Assembly: GCA_038891095.1 (NCBI GenBank)
Contig: JAWAEV010000001.1
Span: 297,292-361,291, forward strand
Reading direction: 5' to 3'
Origin: Candidatus Altiarchaeota archaeon
Lineage (GTDB): Archaea > Altiarchaeota > Altiarchaeia > IMC4 > QMZM01
Length of the DNA: 64,000 nt
Part shown: in pieces, positions 26,993 to 37,680 of the stretch
Numbering within the stretch: the first letter of the stretch is position 1
Layout of the letters: the number at the start of each line of letters is the position of its first letter
Program-made: the position numbers and the translations under genes
The notes under the pieces: model-generated
The model's input: the letters and a program-made list of their open reading frames with translations, nothing else
Database searches by the model: none
What the model was told of the DNA's origin: nothing

Positions 26993-27295
26993 TTTTTTTA
27001 GTAAATTCGAGACAAATGAAATTCCCTCATTAAGGATAGCCTCTCCTTTTTTTGTTATTACATAGTATCGACGAGGCCTTCCACTCTTGTCATTTAGCTT
27101 TGATGTTACATATCCGGAGCTTTGTAATCTGTATAGAACAACATAAGAAGAAATTTTTCCAATTTTAAAGCCAAATTTTCTCTCTATTTCATTTGGAATT
27201 TCATATGCGTACATTGGCTTCTTTTTCAGTAAAGCCAGTATATAAAGCCACAGTGTTTCTTTTGTAATTTTCCTTCTCAATCTGTTTAACGGCAT
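26984..27295 (-). CDS. PadR-family winged-helix transcriptional regulator
   Basis: 103 aa. KPMYAYEI...YVVLYRLQSSGYV...RRYYVITKKGE matches the PadR pattern. Confidence 0.75.
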   Translation of the reverse strand: MPLNRLRRKITKETLWLYILALLKKKPMYAYEIPNEIERKFGFKIGKISSYVVLYRLQSSGYVTSKLNDKSGRPRRYYVITKKGEAILNEGISFVSNLLKKLN

Positions 27296-27362
27296 TTTAT
27301 TTATTAATTTGTTTTATGAATATATAATATTTTATATCTGTGAAATATATAATTAGAATAAA

Positions 27363-28451
27363 ATGGTAAAAGAAATAAGAGTTGCGATTATAGGAGTTGG
27401 TAATTGTGCATCATCTCTTGTTCAAGGTGTTTGCTATTATAAAAACATTGATGGTAATTCTCCACCAGTTTCTGGTCTTATGCATAATGTTCTTGGAGGT
27501 TATAAAATTTCTGATATAAAATTTGTTGCTGCATTTGATGTCGATAAGAAAAAAGTTGGTAAAGATCTAAGTGAAGCTATCTTCTCTAAACCAAATTGCA
27601 CAAAAAAATTTTCAGATGTTCCAAAGCTAAATGTCATTGTTAATAAAGGACCAGTGCTTGATGGAATTTCAGAAACAACAAGAAAAATTTTTGAAATTGA
27701 TGAAAAACAAAAGCCAGTTGATGTTGCTGATGTTCTTAAAAAAAGCAAGGCAGAAATTGCAATAAATTATCTTCCTGTTGGTTCAGAAGAAGCAACTCGC
27801 TACTATGCAAATGAATGTTTGAAAGCAAATGTTGCATTTATAAATGCTATGCCTGTTTTTATAGCATCTTCAAATGAATGGGTAAAAAAATTTCAAGATA
27901 GAAAGTTACCATTAATTGGCGATGACATTAAATCACAAGTAGGAGCAACAATTTTGCACAGAAGTTTAGTAAAATTATTCTCTGATAGGGGTGTAAAAAT
28001 TGAAAATACTTATCAACTAAATTTTGGCGGAAATACTGACTTTTTAAATATGTTAGAAAGACAAAGATTAAAATCAAAAAAAATTTCAAAAACTGAAGCA
28101 GTGCAATCTCAACTCCCAAAAAGAATTTCAGAAGAAAATATTCATATAGGCCCAAGTGATTATGTTCCTTGGTTAAAAGACAAAAAAATTGCTTTTATAA
28201 GAATTGAAGGTAAAAAATTTGGGGATATACCGATAACTCTTGAATGTAGGCTCGAGGTTGAAGATTCACCTAACTCTGCTGGGGTTATGGTAGATGCAAT
28301 AAGATGTGCAAAATTAGCACTAGATAGAGGAGTGGGCGGTGTGTTAATATCTGCATCGGCATATTTCATGAAACATCCACCACAACAATTCTCTGATTCA
28401 GTTGCAAGAGAGATGTTAGAAGAATTTATAAATGGCGAAAGAGAAAGATAA
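27363..28451 (+). CDS. myo-Inositol-1-phosphate synthase (archaeal type)
   Basis: 362 aa. N-terminal [18 protein letters not shown] Rossmann motif and the archaeal MIPS core ([15 protein letters not shown]). Confidence 0.85.
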   Translation: MVKEIRVAIIGVGNCASSLVQGVCYYKNIDGNSPPVSGLMHNVLGGYKISDIKFVAAFDVDKKKVGKDLSEAIFSKPNCTKKFSDVPKLNVIVNKGPVLDGISETTRKIFEIDEKQKPVDVADVLKKSKAEIAINYLPVGSEEATRYYANECLKANVAFINAMPVFIASSNEWVKKFQDRKLPLIGDDIKSQVGATILHRSLVKLFSDRGVKIENTYQLNFGGNTDFLNMLERQRLKSKKISKTEAVQSQLPKRISEENIHIGPSDYVPWLKDKKIAFIRIEGKKFGDIPITLECRLEVEDSPNSAGVMVDAIRCAKLALDRGVGGVLISASAYFMKHPPQQFSDSVAREMLEEFINGERER

Positions 28452-28465
28452 ATAGAAAAGCAAAA

Positions 28466-29053
28466 ATGCTGAAATCAAAAACAGATATTGAAAAATTGAC
28501 TGTAAAATTAGGTATAGTATTTTCTCAATTTAGATTATCACCAAATACATGGACTCTCTTGTCTTTAATTTTTGCTTTTTTTGGATTTCTTAGCTTAACT
28601 GTTTGTCATGATATTATAAAAGGATTAACTTTCTTTGCACTTTCTGGATTTTTAGATATGGTAGATGGCGCAGTTGCAAGAGTTACTGGAAGAGCAACAA
28701 ATTTTGGAGCTTTTTTAGATGGTATAACGGATAGATATGTAGAATTTTTTCTTTATTTTGGACTTTTGATTTTTGGGGTTAATGGCTTATATATAGCACT
28801 TTTGATTTTCGGTGCAATAATGCCAAGTTTTGTGACAGCATACTCATGTTATAGAAATGTCATAACAGAAAAAGATGAGCACAAAAAAATGGCTGGTTTA
28901 ATCGAAAGAGCAGAAAGGCTTATGTTGATTTATTTTTCTATGCTGCTTGGAATTTTCGATTTAATTTTTTTAGATTATGGAACTTTAATTACTGCTATAC
29001 TAAGCAATATTACTGCACTTCAAAGAATTTTATTTGTTTTTAGGCATAGGTAG
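28466..29053 (+). CDS. CDP-alcohol phosphatidyltransferase (archaetidylinositol-phosphate synthase-like)
   Basis: 195 aa, multi-TM. Has the CDP-OH transferase motif DGAVARVTGRATNFGAFLDGITD (D-G-x2-A-R-x8-G-x3-D-x3-D). Confidence 0.7.
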   Translation: MLKSKTDIEKLTVKLGIVFSQFRLSPNTWTLLSLIFAFFGFLSLTVCHDIIKGLTFFALSGFLDMVDGAVARVTGRATNFGAFLDGITDRYVEFFLYFGLLIFGVNGLYIALLIFGAIMPSFVTAYSCYRNVITEKDEHKKMAGLIERAERLMLIYFSMLLGIFDLIFLDYGTLITAILSNITALQRILFVFRHR

Positions 29054-29089
29054 AGATATATTTAAAGAAAATTACAATAGTTCTATGAT

Positions 29090-29461
29090 ATGATAACTCC
29101 TGAAAGACTTACTAAGGAAAGATTAGTAAGAGAACTAATAAAGAAACACAAAAATTTTTTAGAAGAATATAGGAAAAGATTTGAGTTTTTGGAGAGGATG
29201 AGAATTTTGAAAGATAAGCAAGAACAGATAGAGCATTGGCTGAGCAAAAGTAAAAATTCTGAAGAAGAGGAAAAATATATAAAAGAACTTCAGGATGTTG
29301 ATAAGGAATTAGAAATTTTAAGAAAAGAATTAAATTTAGAAGATAAAACAAATGAAAAAATAAGTGAGCACTCGATACTAAAAAACAAGATTGTTAATGA
29401 AGAGAATGCAATTGCTTACTGGGAAGAAAAATTAAAAAGTTTTAGCAAAGAGAATGGATGA
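29090..29461 (+). CDS. Coiled-coil protein, K/E-rich
   Basis: 123 aa. Heptad-like charged composition. Overlaps the next coiled-coil gene by 8 nt. Confidence 0.3.
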   Translation: MITPERLTKERLVRELIKKHKNFLEEYRKRFEFLERMRILKDKQEQIEHWLSKSKNSEEEEKYIKELQDVDKELEILRKELNLEDKTNEKISEHSILKNKIVNEENAIAYWEEKLKSFSKENG

Positions 29462-30362
29462 AGCTAAATTAAAAAAAGATATAAAAGCTCTAAGAGATGA
29501 GATAGCAAAGGAAAACAAACAGATAAAAAATATTTACTATGAGATGCGAGTTTATAATAAGAAGGCTAATGAATTCAGAGAAGCAAGGGATAACGCAAAT
29601 AAAAAAAGTAAAGAATTAAGAGAAAAAGTAAAGAGTATAATTGACGAGCGAAAGGAAATAGAAAAAAAAATTAAAGAGTTAAAAGAGAGTAAAAATAAGC
29701 TGATAGAGAAAGTGAAATTCTTAAGCAAGGAGCTAAGCGATAAAAAAGATGTGCGAAATTCTCTAAATAAATTCGCTAAAGGAAATTTTATACTGCTTAT
29801 GGATGCGTATGTTGAGAGATATGAAAAAATTCTGAAAAAAAATATGCCGCTTGAAGATGAGATAAAACTCTTTGAAAAAATTTTTGATATTAGGGAGAGA
29901 CTCATAAAGGCAAAAGAGGCTGATTCTTTACATAAGGAGATTCTTGAAGAATACAAAAAGGCAAAGTCTATTGATGAGGAAATTTCTGTTATAAATGAAA
30001 AGATTAGAGACTATGTAAATGAGTCAAAGAAGAAACATGAAGAAGCAAAAAATATATTTTCAGAAATTGATAAATTGCGAGAGATTGGCGATGAAAATCA
30101 CAAAAAGTTAATTGCAGTATATGAAGAAATGAAACCATTTAAAGAGAAAATAAGAAGTATAAAAGAGAGAATAAGGAAAATTCAATCTGAGTTAGAACCA
30201 TTAAATGAGCAATTAAGAGAACTTCATAAGAGCAAACAAGAAGCTGAAAAAGAAGAAACTCTTATGGAAGCAAAAAAGAAAATAAAGGAAAGTAGGAGAT
30301 TAGATATAAGAGAATTTAGACTTCTTCTTGAAAGAGGGGAAATAAATCTTGGAGAATCATGA
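29454..30362 (+). CDS. Archaeal coiled-coil protein (COG1340-like, tentative)
   Basis: 302 aa, almost entirely predicted coiled coil with no enzymatic motif. Confidence 0.35.
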   Translation: MDEAKLKKDIKALRDEIAKENKQIKNIYYEMRVYNKKANEFREARDNANKKSKELREKVKSIIDERKEIEKKIKELKESKNKLIEKVKFLSKELSDKKDVRNSLNKFAKGNFILLMDAYVERYEKILKKNMPLEDEIKLFEKIFDIRERLIKAKEADSLHKEILEEYKKAKSIDEEISVINEKIRDYVNESKKKHEEAKNIFSEIDKLREIGDENHKKLIAVYEEMKPFKEKIRSIKERIRKIQSELEPLNEQLRELHKSKQEAEKEETLMEAKKKIKESRRLDIREFRLLLERGEINLGES

Positions 30363-31493
30363 CATAAGAAATTGTATTTCTTCCTCAGTTAAATTGAAAT
30401 GCTCCATTAGTTCCTCTTTTTTAATTTTATTTTTTTCTATAAGAATTTTATAAAGTGGTAAAAATTTCTCTATTATTGCTTTTTCAGAATCATGAATTTC
30501 TTTTGAAAGCTTTTCTGCAATGCTCTTTTTTAAATTTCTCTCACTTTTTGTTTGTGCCATATGAATTATATAAAAGGGAAATCTATATCTCGCAAAGTGT
30601 ATTTTATCACCCCTTGAAACATTAACACCAGCACTCATTAGAGTATTTGCATAGCCCAAAAATCCCCAATGCTGCCTCTCTTGAATTCTTCCAATGAAGA
30701 TATCTGCCTTTGAGATATAGTTATAAACTTTTGCTAAATTTTCTTTTTCAAATACAAAGGATGGCACATTTTCATCAATCCACAGTAAGATATCTCTTGG
30801 CTGCTGATCAACATCATAAACTGACCTAATGGCTTCTTTTATATCTTTTCTTATCAGAATTTTACTTAGTAGAGAGTATATATCGGTGATTTTATCTCTT
30901 TGTACTAATAAAGACAAATCTTTATCAGAAATTCTATTTTTTCCTTTCGTTATCATTTCCAAATCAATAACTGCTGCCCTTATATCGCCCTGAGAATTTT
31001 CTGCTATTTTGCTCAATAAATTTTTCTCTACATATATGCCCTCACTTTTACAAATTTTTTCAAGTAATGCAGTAATTGAACTTGACATTGGTTTTCTCAT
31101 TTGGACTTTTTCACAAATTTTTTTTATTGTTGATAATCTCTTTGATCCAATGTCAGATGTTATCACAACCGTTGGAGCATTTGTTTCTTTGAGAAAATTA
31201 GTAACTTTGCTTATATCATCTATATTCTCAACATCATCAAAAACTATAAGTCTTTTCTTCCCGAACAAATTCTGAGTTTCTGAAACATTTAGCAAATTTG
31301 GTAAATCTTCATTTTTTACAAAAAATGGTTCGAATTTTTCTGAGAGCAGTTGCACAAGGGTTGTTTTTCCACAACCATGCGGGCCATAAAGAAGAATTGG
31401 CTTCTTCCAGTGATAACTCTGTAATTTTTTCACAACAGATGAATTTCCAATAAATTCATTAAAGTTTTTTGGTCTATATTTCTCTATCCACAT
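30357..31493 (-). CDS. rfcL: Replication factor C subunit (clamp loader), most consistent with divergent large subunit RfcL
   Basis: 378 aa. Has the RFC hallmark N-terminus MWIEKYRPKNFNEFIGN and Walker A LLYGPHGCGKTT, but lacks the small-subunit DEAD/SRC motifs. Confidence 0.6.
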   Translation of the reverse strand: MWIEKYRPKNFNEFIGNSSVVKKLQSYHWKKPILLYGPHGCGKTTLVQLLSEKFEPFFVKNEDLPNLLNVSETQNLFGKKRLIVFDDVENIDDISKVTNFLKETNAPTVVITSDIGSKRLSTIKKICEKVQMRKPMSSSITALLEKICKSEGIYVEKNLLSKIAENSQGDIRAAVIDLEMITKGKNRISDKDLSLLVQRDKITDIYSLLSKILIRKDIKEAIRSVYDVDQQPRDILLWIDENVPSFVFEKENLAKVYNYISKADIFIGRIQERQHWGFLGYANTLMSAGVNVSRGDKIHFARYRFPFYIIHMAQTKSERNLKKSIAEKLSKEIHDSEKAIIEKFLPLYKILIEKNKIKKEELMEHFNLTEEEIQFLMS

Positions 31494-31586
31494 TCTTAAA
31501 AAACGAAACTATTTTATATATTAAAAACATATGTTTTAAAGGAGAATTAATCAAAATTTAGCATAAAATCTAAGAGGTGATAAGAA

Positions 31587-32495
31587 ATGTTTACGCCTGA
31601 ATTTTTATTGCGAAATTTTGTATATGAGTTGAGAATTTTTACATGGAATGTATTTCAGTTATTTGTTGCTGTTGTTGTTGGCTTGATTCTTGGCTGGCTT
31701 GTCTCAAAGGTTGTTAATAGGTTATTAAAACTGGCAGAACTCCAAAGAACATTACTTAGATATGGAGCAATAACAACCATCTTCTGGGATTCTGCTGTTG
31801 GCTTTCTATCGCATTATTTTATGTGGCTAACACTCATACTAATTATATATGCTGTATTTCCAGGAAATTTATTAATAAAAGCACTTGCTGAATTCTTTGT
31901 GAAATTATTTGGCTTTATCATATTTACATTAGTTGGAATACTACTTAGTGGTGTTCTCTACAAGATATCAAAGCATACATTAATTGCAATTGGTTTGGAA
32001 GAGGAACTAGAAAAACATAAAATTGCTGATAAACTTGGGGGAGTCTCATTGATAAACATACTTGCAGGGATTCTCAAGTGGTTTGTAATTATAGTTTTTG
32101 TAAAGCAAGGGGTAGAACTTCTTGGATTGGGAGCACTTACTGATGTAACGCATCAGCTCTATAATTACATTCCACAGGCAATTTTGGGAATTTTAATTTT
32201 GTTAGCAACTCTAATTCTCGCTGATTTAGCATCTTCAAACATAAGGAAAAGAGCATATGGTTTTGCAGATGCTCTTGGTATGGCTACTGAAGTTGTGATA
32301 ATTTTCTTTGGAATCATAATCGCTCTCCCAAGATTGTTAGGTGTGTCAGATCCACAAGGTCAGATATTTCTACAATCAATATCAGTAATGACAGATTCTT
32401 TTAAACTTTTAATGTTAGGAGTTTCAGCAGGAATAGCACTTGCGATTGGTTTGGGTTTAAAGGATTATGTGGCAAAGATGAGCAAGAAGTTGTAA
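31587..32495 (+). CDS. Polytopic membrane protein with repeated conserved-TM-helix units (MscS-associated PF05552-like, tentative)
   Basis: 302 aa with 6-8 hydrophobic helices and internally repeated LxxLxxVTxxxxxxIP-like segments. Confidence 0.3.
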   Translation: MFTPEFLLRNFVYELRIFTWNVFQLFVAVVVGLILGWLVSKVVNRLLKLAELQRTLLRYGAITTIFWDSAVGFLSHYFMWLTLILIIYAVFPGNLLIKALAEFFVKLFGFIIFTLVGILLSGVLYKISKHTLIAIGLEEELEKHKIADKLGGVSLINILAGILKWFVIIVFVKQGVELLGLGALTDVTHQLYNYIPQAILGILILLATLILADLASSNIRKRAYGFADALGMATEVVIIFFGIIIALPRLLGVSDPQGQIFLQSISVMTDSFKLLMLGVSAGIALAIGLGLKDYVAKMSKKL

Positions 32496-32554
32496 GGAAA
32501 CAGTTCTCTACTTTTTTATTTTTTAATGAACTTAATGCGTATATTTCTTTTAGA

Positions 32555-33082
32555 TTAAATCATAAAAATTTTTTCTATCTCCTCTAAATTTTTCACAACT
32601 TTTATGCCTTGCACTTTTGAAATTTTTTTTACATTGTAAATGTCAATATCTCTTATTTGCAATGTAATCTTTCTGCCATCTGGAGCTTTGGTTCTTTCAA
32701 CTTTTCTGAAATCTGTAGGTAAGAGAATTACCTCTAAAGAATTTTTTAGTCCTTGTGAGACAATATTACTTATCAGAGAATCTGCTATTCCATAAGCAAT
32801 TTTTGCTGTTGTATTTGCTGAGCAAGGCATAACAAAAATTTTATCAAATTCTCTATTTGCAATTTTTCCTATAAAAGGAAAACTATGGCCTTGATCTTTC
32901 TCAAGAATAATCCTCTCTGAAATTTTTTTTATTTTCTCATAAAAGCCATACATTCTTAAAACTTCAAAACCAGCATTTGAGATTGCAATTGTTATCTCAT
33001 TATTTTTTGAAATTTTTTCCATTAACTCAATTGTCTCTTCAAGTAAATGCCCTGAACCAGTTATACACCATAAAATCTTCAT
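32555..33082 (-). CDS. Flavoprotein (PF02441; archaeoflavoprotein AfpA / PPC-decarboxylase-like fold)
   Basis: 175 aa. Has ILWCITGSG and MPCSANTTAKIAYGIADSL, the FMN-binding signature of this family. Confidence 0.55.
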   Translation of the reverse strand: MKILWCITGSGHLLEETIELMEKISKNNEITIAISNAGFEVLRMYGFYEKIKKISERIILEKDQGHSFPFIGKIANREFDKIFVMPCSANTTAKIAYGIADSLISNIVSQGLKNSLEVILLPTDFRKVERTKAPDGRKITLQIRDIDIYNVKKISKVQGIKVVKNLEEIEKIFMI

Positions 33083-33117
33083 TTTTATATATTAGTTGAG
33101 CATATCATATATTCAAA

Positions 33118-34542
33118 ATGAAGGATATTAATGAAAATTTTTTAAGAAAAGCAAATGAAATTGCAAGGGAGATTATAAAAAGGAATAATTTTCTTGTTGT
33201 AAGTCATTATGATGCTGATGGTGTTTCAGCATGCGCAATAATAATTGATCTCCTAAAAAATTTAAAAAAAGATGTTGACTTTAGGATAATAAAACAATTG
33301 GACTCAACAACGATAGATGAATTTAAAAACAGTAGGGATAAGACGATAATTTTTACTGATATGGGATCTGGCCAGATTTCGCTTATAGAAAAATCAGGAA
33401 TAGGAGATTTTTTTATTTTAGATCATCATATGCCAGAAAAAGAGAATGAGAGGCAATTAAATCCAATGTTTTATGGCTATGATGGTGGTTTAGAAATAAG
33501 TGGCTCAGGTGTTGCATATATGGTAGTAAGAGCATTAAATTTTAGGAATATGGCACATATTGCAGTTGTTGGATCTGTTGGAGATATGCAAGACTCGCAA
33601 GGAAAATTAGAGTCTTTAAATAGAGTTATAGCCATGGATGCTATAAATGAAGGAACTTTAAAAATTGAAAAAGATATAAGACTCTTTGGTAGGCAATCCA
33701 GACCATTAGCGCAGATGTTAGCATATGCGTCTGATCCTCTATTGCCTGGGATTTGTGGTGATGAAACTGCTGCTTTTAATTTTCTTCAAAATTTAGGTAT
33801 AAAATTGAAAAGAGATGATGGCTTGTGGAAACATTATATTGACCTTAACAAAGAAGAAAAGGAAAAAATAATTTCTGGAATTTATATGTATCTACTTGAC
33901 TGTGATGTTCCAGAGTATATAATACAAGGAATTTTTGGTGAGGTTTATACTCTTCTGAAAGAAGAAGAAAGGACAGAGTTAAGAGATGCTAAAGAATTTG
34001 CAACTTTGTTAAATGCATGTGGCAGACAAAACAGCTCTGAAACAGGAGTATATATCTGTTTAGGTGATAGAAAAGAATATCTAAAAAAAGCAAAGAATCT
34101 TCTTGAAAAGCACAGAAAAGCATTAAGACAAGGAATTACATATATGAAAGAGAAGGGTGTTTCTGAAATGTCCCACTTATACTACTTTGATGCTTCGGGT
34201 ATTATAGATGAGAATATCGTTGGTGTTATCTCCGGCATGGGCTATGGAGCAAAAATCTTTCCTCCTGATAAACCAATAATCTCATTTGCAGATGATAAAG
34301 ACAATGAATCAATGGCAAAAGTTTCTGCAAGAGCGAACTGGTCCTTAGTGAGAGAGGGCATCCATTTAGGAAATGCTCTTAGAGTTGCAAGTAGATTTAT
34401 CGGAGGTGAAGGTGGTGGCCATAACATTGCAGCTGGTGCAAAAATACCAAAGGATAAAAAGGGTGAGTTTCTAGAAAAATTGAATGAAATTTTTAAAGAG
34501 CAAATTAGTAAAAAAATTAGGAAATGTAATTTATATAGCTGA
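33118..34542 (+). CDS. DHH-family phosphoesterase, archaeal RecJ/Cdc45-like (GAN-type nuclease)
   Basis: 474 aa. Has VVSHYDADGVSACAII (motif I), DHH (FFILDHHMP) and a C-terminal DHHA1-like GGGH motif (GGEGGGHNIAAGA). Confidence 0.7.
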   Translation: MKDINENFLRKANEIAREIIKRNNFLVVSHYDADGVSACAIIIDLLKNLKKDVDFRIIKQLDSTTIDEFKNSRDKTIIFTDMGSGQISLIEKSGIGDFFILDHHMPEKENERQLNPMFYGYDGGLEISGSGVAYMVVRALNFRNMAHIAVVGSVGDMQDSQGKLESLNRVIAMDAINEGTLKIEKDIRLFGRQSRPLAQMLAYASDPLLPGICGDETAAFNFLQNLGIKLKRDDGLWKHYIDLNKEEKEKIISGIYMYLLDCDVPEYIIQGIFGEVYTLLKEEERTELRDAKEFATLLNACGRQNSSETGVYICLGDRKEYLKKAKNLLEKHRKALRQGITYMKEKGVSEMSHLYYFDASGIIDENIVGVISGMGYGAKIFPPDKPIISFADDKDNESMAKVSARANWSLVREGIHLGNALRVASRFIGGEGGGHNIAAGAKIPKDKKGEFLEKLNEIFKEQISKKIRKCNLYS

Positions 34543-34688
34543 AATCTAATTAAAGTTTACTAATTCTGGATGGTTTGTCCATATGGACTACCATGCCAAT
34601 TAGGCTCCAGAGTAGATTAAATTTACCATTCCAATTAATTAGTATGCATTATTAGCGTTTTTATTAAAATTTATTTTACTTAGTTAAA

Positions 34689-35141
34689 TTGGCACGGATG
34701 CACATAAGAAGGAAGGGTAAATCTGGCTCAAAAAGACCAGGAATTAAGGGTAGGTTAGCTTTTGTTAATTATACTAAGGAGGAAATTGAAGAGCTTATAT
34801 TAAAATTAAGAAAAGAGGGAAACTCCCCTTCAAAAATAGGATTAATTTTAAGAGATACTTACGGTATACCTTCAGTTAAAGATATTACTGGTAAAAAAAT
34901 TAGTTTCTTTTTAGAGAAAAATTCACTAAGTCCTGAATTACCAGAGAATCTTGAAAATTTAATTAAGAAAGCTGTAAATTTGAGAAAACACTTAGAAAAA
35001 AATAAAAAGGACATTCACAACAGAAGAAGTCTGCAATTGATTGAGTCTAAGATTCATAGATTAGTGAAGTATTATAAGAGAGAAGGTAAACTCCCAGGTG
35101 ATTGGGTCTATGAACCTGAAAAAGTTAAATTGAAGGTATAA
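34689..35141 (+). CDS. rps15: 30S ribosomal protein S15 (S13e)
   Basis: 150 aa. [18 protein letters not shown]-terminus and S15 C-terminal fold ([22 protein letters not shown]). Confidence 0.85.
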   Translation: MARMHIRRKGKSGSKRPGIKGRLAFVNYTKEEIEELILKLRKEGNSPSKIGLILRDTYGIPSVKDITGKKISFFLEKNSLSPELPENLENLIKKAVNLRKHLEKNKKDIHNRRSLQLIESKIHRLVKYYKREGKLPGDWVYEPEKVKLKV

Positions 35142-35142
35142 A

Positions 35143-35373
35143 ATGCACAAAGCATTGCTTTTAACAGAATCAAAAGATGCTAAAAATATAGCAAAATCAT
35201 TAGATATTGACAATTTAAACAGAGAGAATTTAAAGGTAAGTACAAAACTTTTCAAAGGTAGAATAAGAACAAAGGTTAAAGCAGATAAGATATCAACGCT
35301 GCTAAGCACATTGGATGACATTATAAGATGCCAAATAATTGCTGAAAAAAATATAAAGAATGGCAACTGTTAA
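35143..35373 (+). CDS. Small protein, possibly KEOPS subunit Pcc1-like (tentative)
   Basis: 76 aa. Alternating hydrophobic pattern and the C-terminal KISTLLSTLDDIIRCQIIAEK weakly resemble the Pcc1 family. Confidence 0.3.
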   Translation: MHKALLLTESKDAKNIAKSLDIDNLNRENLKVSTKLFKGRIRTKVKADKISTLLSTLDDIIRCQIIAEKNIKNGNC

Positions 35374-35914
35374 GAAAGGGTGGAAAGAAAAGAAAATTTA
35401 CAGAATAATTGCTCCGGATAGCTTTAATCAGCAAGAAATAGGTGCAACTTTTTCTTCTGATGAAAAAAAACTTATAGGTAGAAATATTGAAGTTTCTCTG
35501 CGAGATTTAACAGATGATAAAACAAAACAGCACATTAAGGTTGTTTTTGAGATTTTTAATGTTGAAAATGGAGTTGCAAAAACAAAATTCAAGAAATTTT
35601 ATACAAGTGCTCAGTATTCAAGATCTAAAATAAAAAAAGGTATAAGCAAAATAGAGACAAAAATGAAGTTAAAACTCTTAGATGCCAATATTTGGTTGAG
35701 AAGTGTAATTGCAACAAATAAAAAAATTCAGACATCAAAAGCTACTGATATGAATAAAAAAGCTATTGAAATTATTGAAAAAAACAAGGATATGAAATTC
35801 AACGATTTTCTGCACATTGCTTTGTTTGGAAAATTAGCAAGTGAAATTTATTATAGTGTAAAGAAAATTTCGCCTGTGAAAAGAGTTGAAATTGAAGAAC
35901 TTAGGTTGATATGA
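35360..35914 (+). CDS. rps3ae: 30S ribosomal protein S3Ae (S1e)
   Basis: 184 aa. KKGWKEKKIYRIIAPDSF...LIGRNIEVSLRDLT matches the S3Ae N-terminus. 14-nt overlap with the upstream small ORF. Confidence 0.8.
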   Translation: MATVKKGWKEKKIYRIIAPDSFNQQEIGATFSSDEKKLIGRNIEVSLRDLTDDKTKQHIKVVFEIFNVENGVAKTKFKKFYTSAQYSRSKIKKGISKIETKMKLKLLDANIWLRSVIATNKKIQTSKATDMNKKAIEIIEKNKDMKFNDFLHIALFGKLASEIYYSVKKISPVKRVEIEELRLI

Positions 35915-36246
35915 GTTGCTTTTCTGCTAAATCTAAAATAACAACTCTTCCAGGCTATTCTTGAAAAAATTTTGAGTTTTAAATTAACTTTTTTATATCT
36001 TTTGGTTTGCACCCTGAAGAAGATGAAACAATTAAAACTGTTAAATTAGTATAAATTCTATAATTTTGAAAAATTTGCCAATCAAATTTTCTAAACTACT
36101 AACTCTACAGTGAAGACAATATTTAGCCCAAAAAGAAGTTCAATCTTTCCAAGGTTTAAAACCATATTTCAAAACTGAAAAATTTTCCATGACTGTAAAG
36201 TTAAGAGTTTTGCCTATTTTTTTATTTAACAAATTTTTATAGTTCT

Positions 36247-37674
36247 TCAAAATTTTTGATCTCCTTTGGAATTTTCATCCTCAAAACTTTCGCAGAACTT
36301 TATTGCCTTTGGAATTCTCTCAATTACATCTGTTGCAGTGAAATAATAACTAAAATCTTTCAGTGCAATATCGCCAGCAAGACCATTTATAAATGCTCCT
36401 GCAGATGCAGCATAAAATCTATCTGCTTTAACTGATAAAGCTGCAATAACTCCCGCGAGCACATCACCTGTGCCACCAACAGTCATTCCTGGATTTCCTG
36501 TTCTATTGAGTTTTGTTCTATGCCCATCAGAAATTATGTCAATATTGCCTTTTAAAACAATTATAGCTTTGAATTTTTTTGCAAACTTTTCAACTAATTT
36601 AACTCTCTCAGAAAAATTTTCACTAAATTCAGAAAAAAGAATTTTAAATTCATTAGCATGTGGCGTAAGTATCATGTTTTCCTTTATCTCTCTTGGATTG
36701 ATTAATTTTAGGGCGTCTGCATCCACGATAACGGTTTTTTTTGTTTCATTTAAAAATTTTTTCACTGCAATTCTTGTCTTTTCTTCTAAGCCTAAACCAT
36801 TTCCAATAACCGCAACATCAAAGTCTATTTCTGAAATTAAATCTAAGTCATCAGAATATAAAAAAAATTCTGAATTTAAAGTGTTGATAATGATATTTTC
36901 ATCATATGGAATTTTTTCAGCAACATATTTTGGGCATGCTACAATTGAGATATCAGCACCTGCTTTTAATGCTGCTTTTGCAACTAAAATTGGAGCTCCA
37001 ATAAAATTTTTACTGCCACCTATAATGAGAATTCTACCAAAGTCTCCCTTATGCTCATCTCCCTTTCTTTTTGGTAGTGCATAAAGAACATCTCCAGGAC
37101 CAACAAATGTCTCTGCCTCCTTTGGAATTCCTATTGAAACAACTTTTGCATTCTCTGTCTTTTTTATATGAAATGAAATGACCTTATCAGCCTTAATTCC
37201 TGGCGTTGGAATATCTGCAGATATTTTGAAAATTTTTAGAGAGTTTATAAAGTTAACTAATGTTTTTACTGGCTCTCTGAGCTCGCCTTTTGCTCCAACT
37301 CCAAGAATTGCATCTATTATAGCATCACAGTTGTAAAGTTTTTCCTTTAATTTAAAAACATCTGATGAATCTGAAATTTCAAAAATTTCTATGCTTGGCA
37401 GCTTTATTAATAATTCAAAATTTTTTTGGGCTTCTTTTGTTCTTTCTCCTTTAATTGCAAATACTTTTACTTTCTTGCCAAAAGATGCTAAATGCCTTGC
37501 AGCAACAAAACCATCACCGCCATTATTCCCAGTACCACAAAATATCGCAACTGAAGAGAAATTCTCAGCTTCTTTCGCAAGTTCTCTACCAGCATTTTCC
37601 ATTAATAACTCAGTAGAAATTCCTAAATATTTGGAATTTATATCAATGATTTTTGTAAGTTCTGAGATTTCCAT
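36247..37674 (-). CDS. nnr: Bifunctional NAD(P)H-hydrate repair enzyme Nnr (YjeF-N epimerase plus YjeF-C dehydratase)
   Basis: 475 aa. N-domain LMENAGRELAK...VAIFCGTGNNGGDGFVAARHL. C-domain carbohydrate-kinase-like GTGDVLAGVIAAL. Confidence 0.8.
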   Translation of the reverse strand: MEISELTKIIDINSKYLGISTELLMENAGRELAKEAENFSSVAIFCGTGNNGGDGFVAARHLASFGKKVKVFAIKGERTKEAQKNFELLIKLPSIEIFEISDSSDVFKLKEKLYNCDAIIDAILGVGAKGELREPVKTLVNFINSLKIFKISADIPTPGIKADKVISFHIKKTENAKVVSIGIPKEAETFVGPGDVLYALPKRKGDEHKGDFGRILIIGGSKNFIGAPILVAKAALKAGADISIVACPKYVAEKIPYDENIIINTLNSEFFLYSDDLDLISEIDFDVAVIGNGLGLEEKTRIAVKKFLNETKKTVIVDADALKLINPREIKENMILTPHANEFKILFSEFSENFSERVKLVEKFAKKFKAIIVLKGNIDIISDGHRTKLNRTGNPGMTVGGTGDVLAGVIAALSVKADRFYAASAGAFINGLAGDIALKDFSYYFTATDVIERIPKAIKFCESFEDENSKGDQKF

Positions 37675-37680
37675 TATGGA

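Noticed and set aside
35915-36246. 330-nt convergent spacer between rps3ae and nnr, checked for an ncRNA or small ORF.
   Set aside because: It is AT-rich with no stable GC-rich hairpins and no Shine-Dalgarno-led ORF. It is most likely just two terminator regions.
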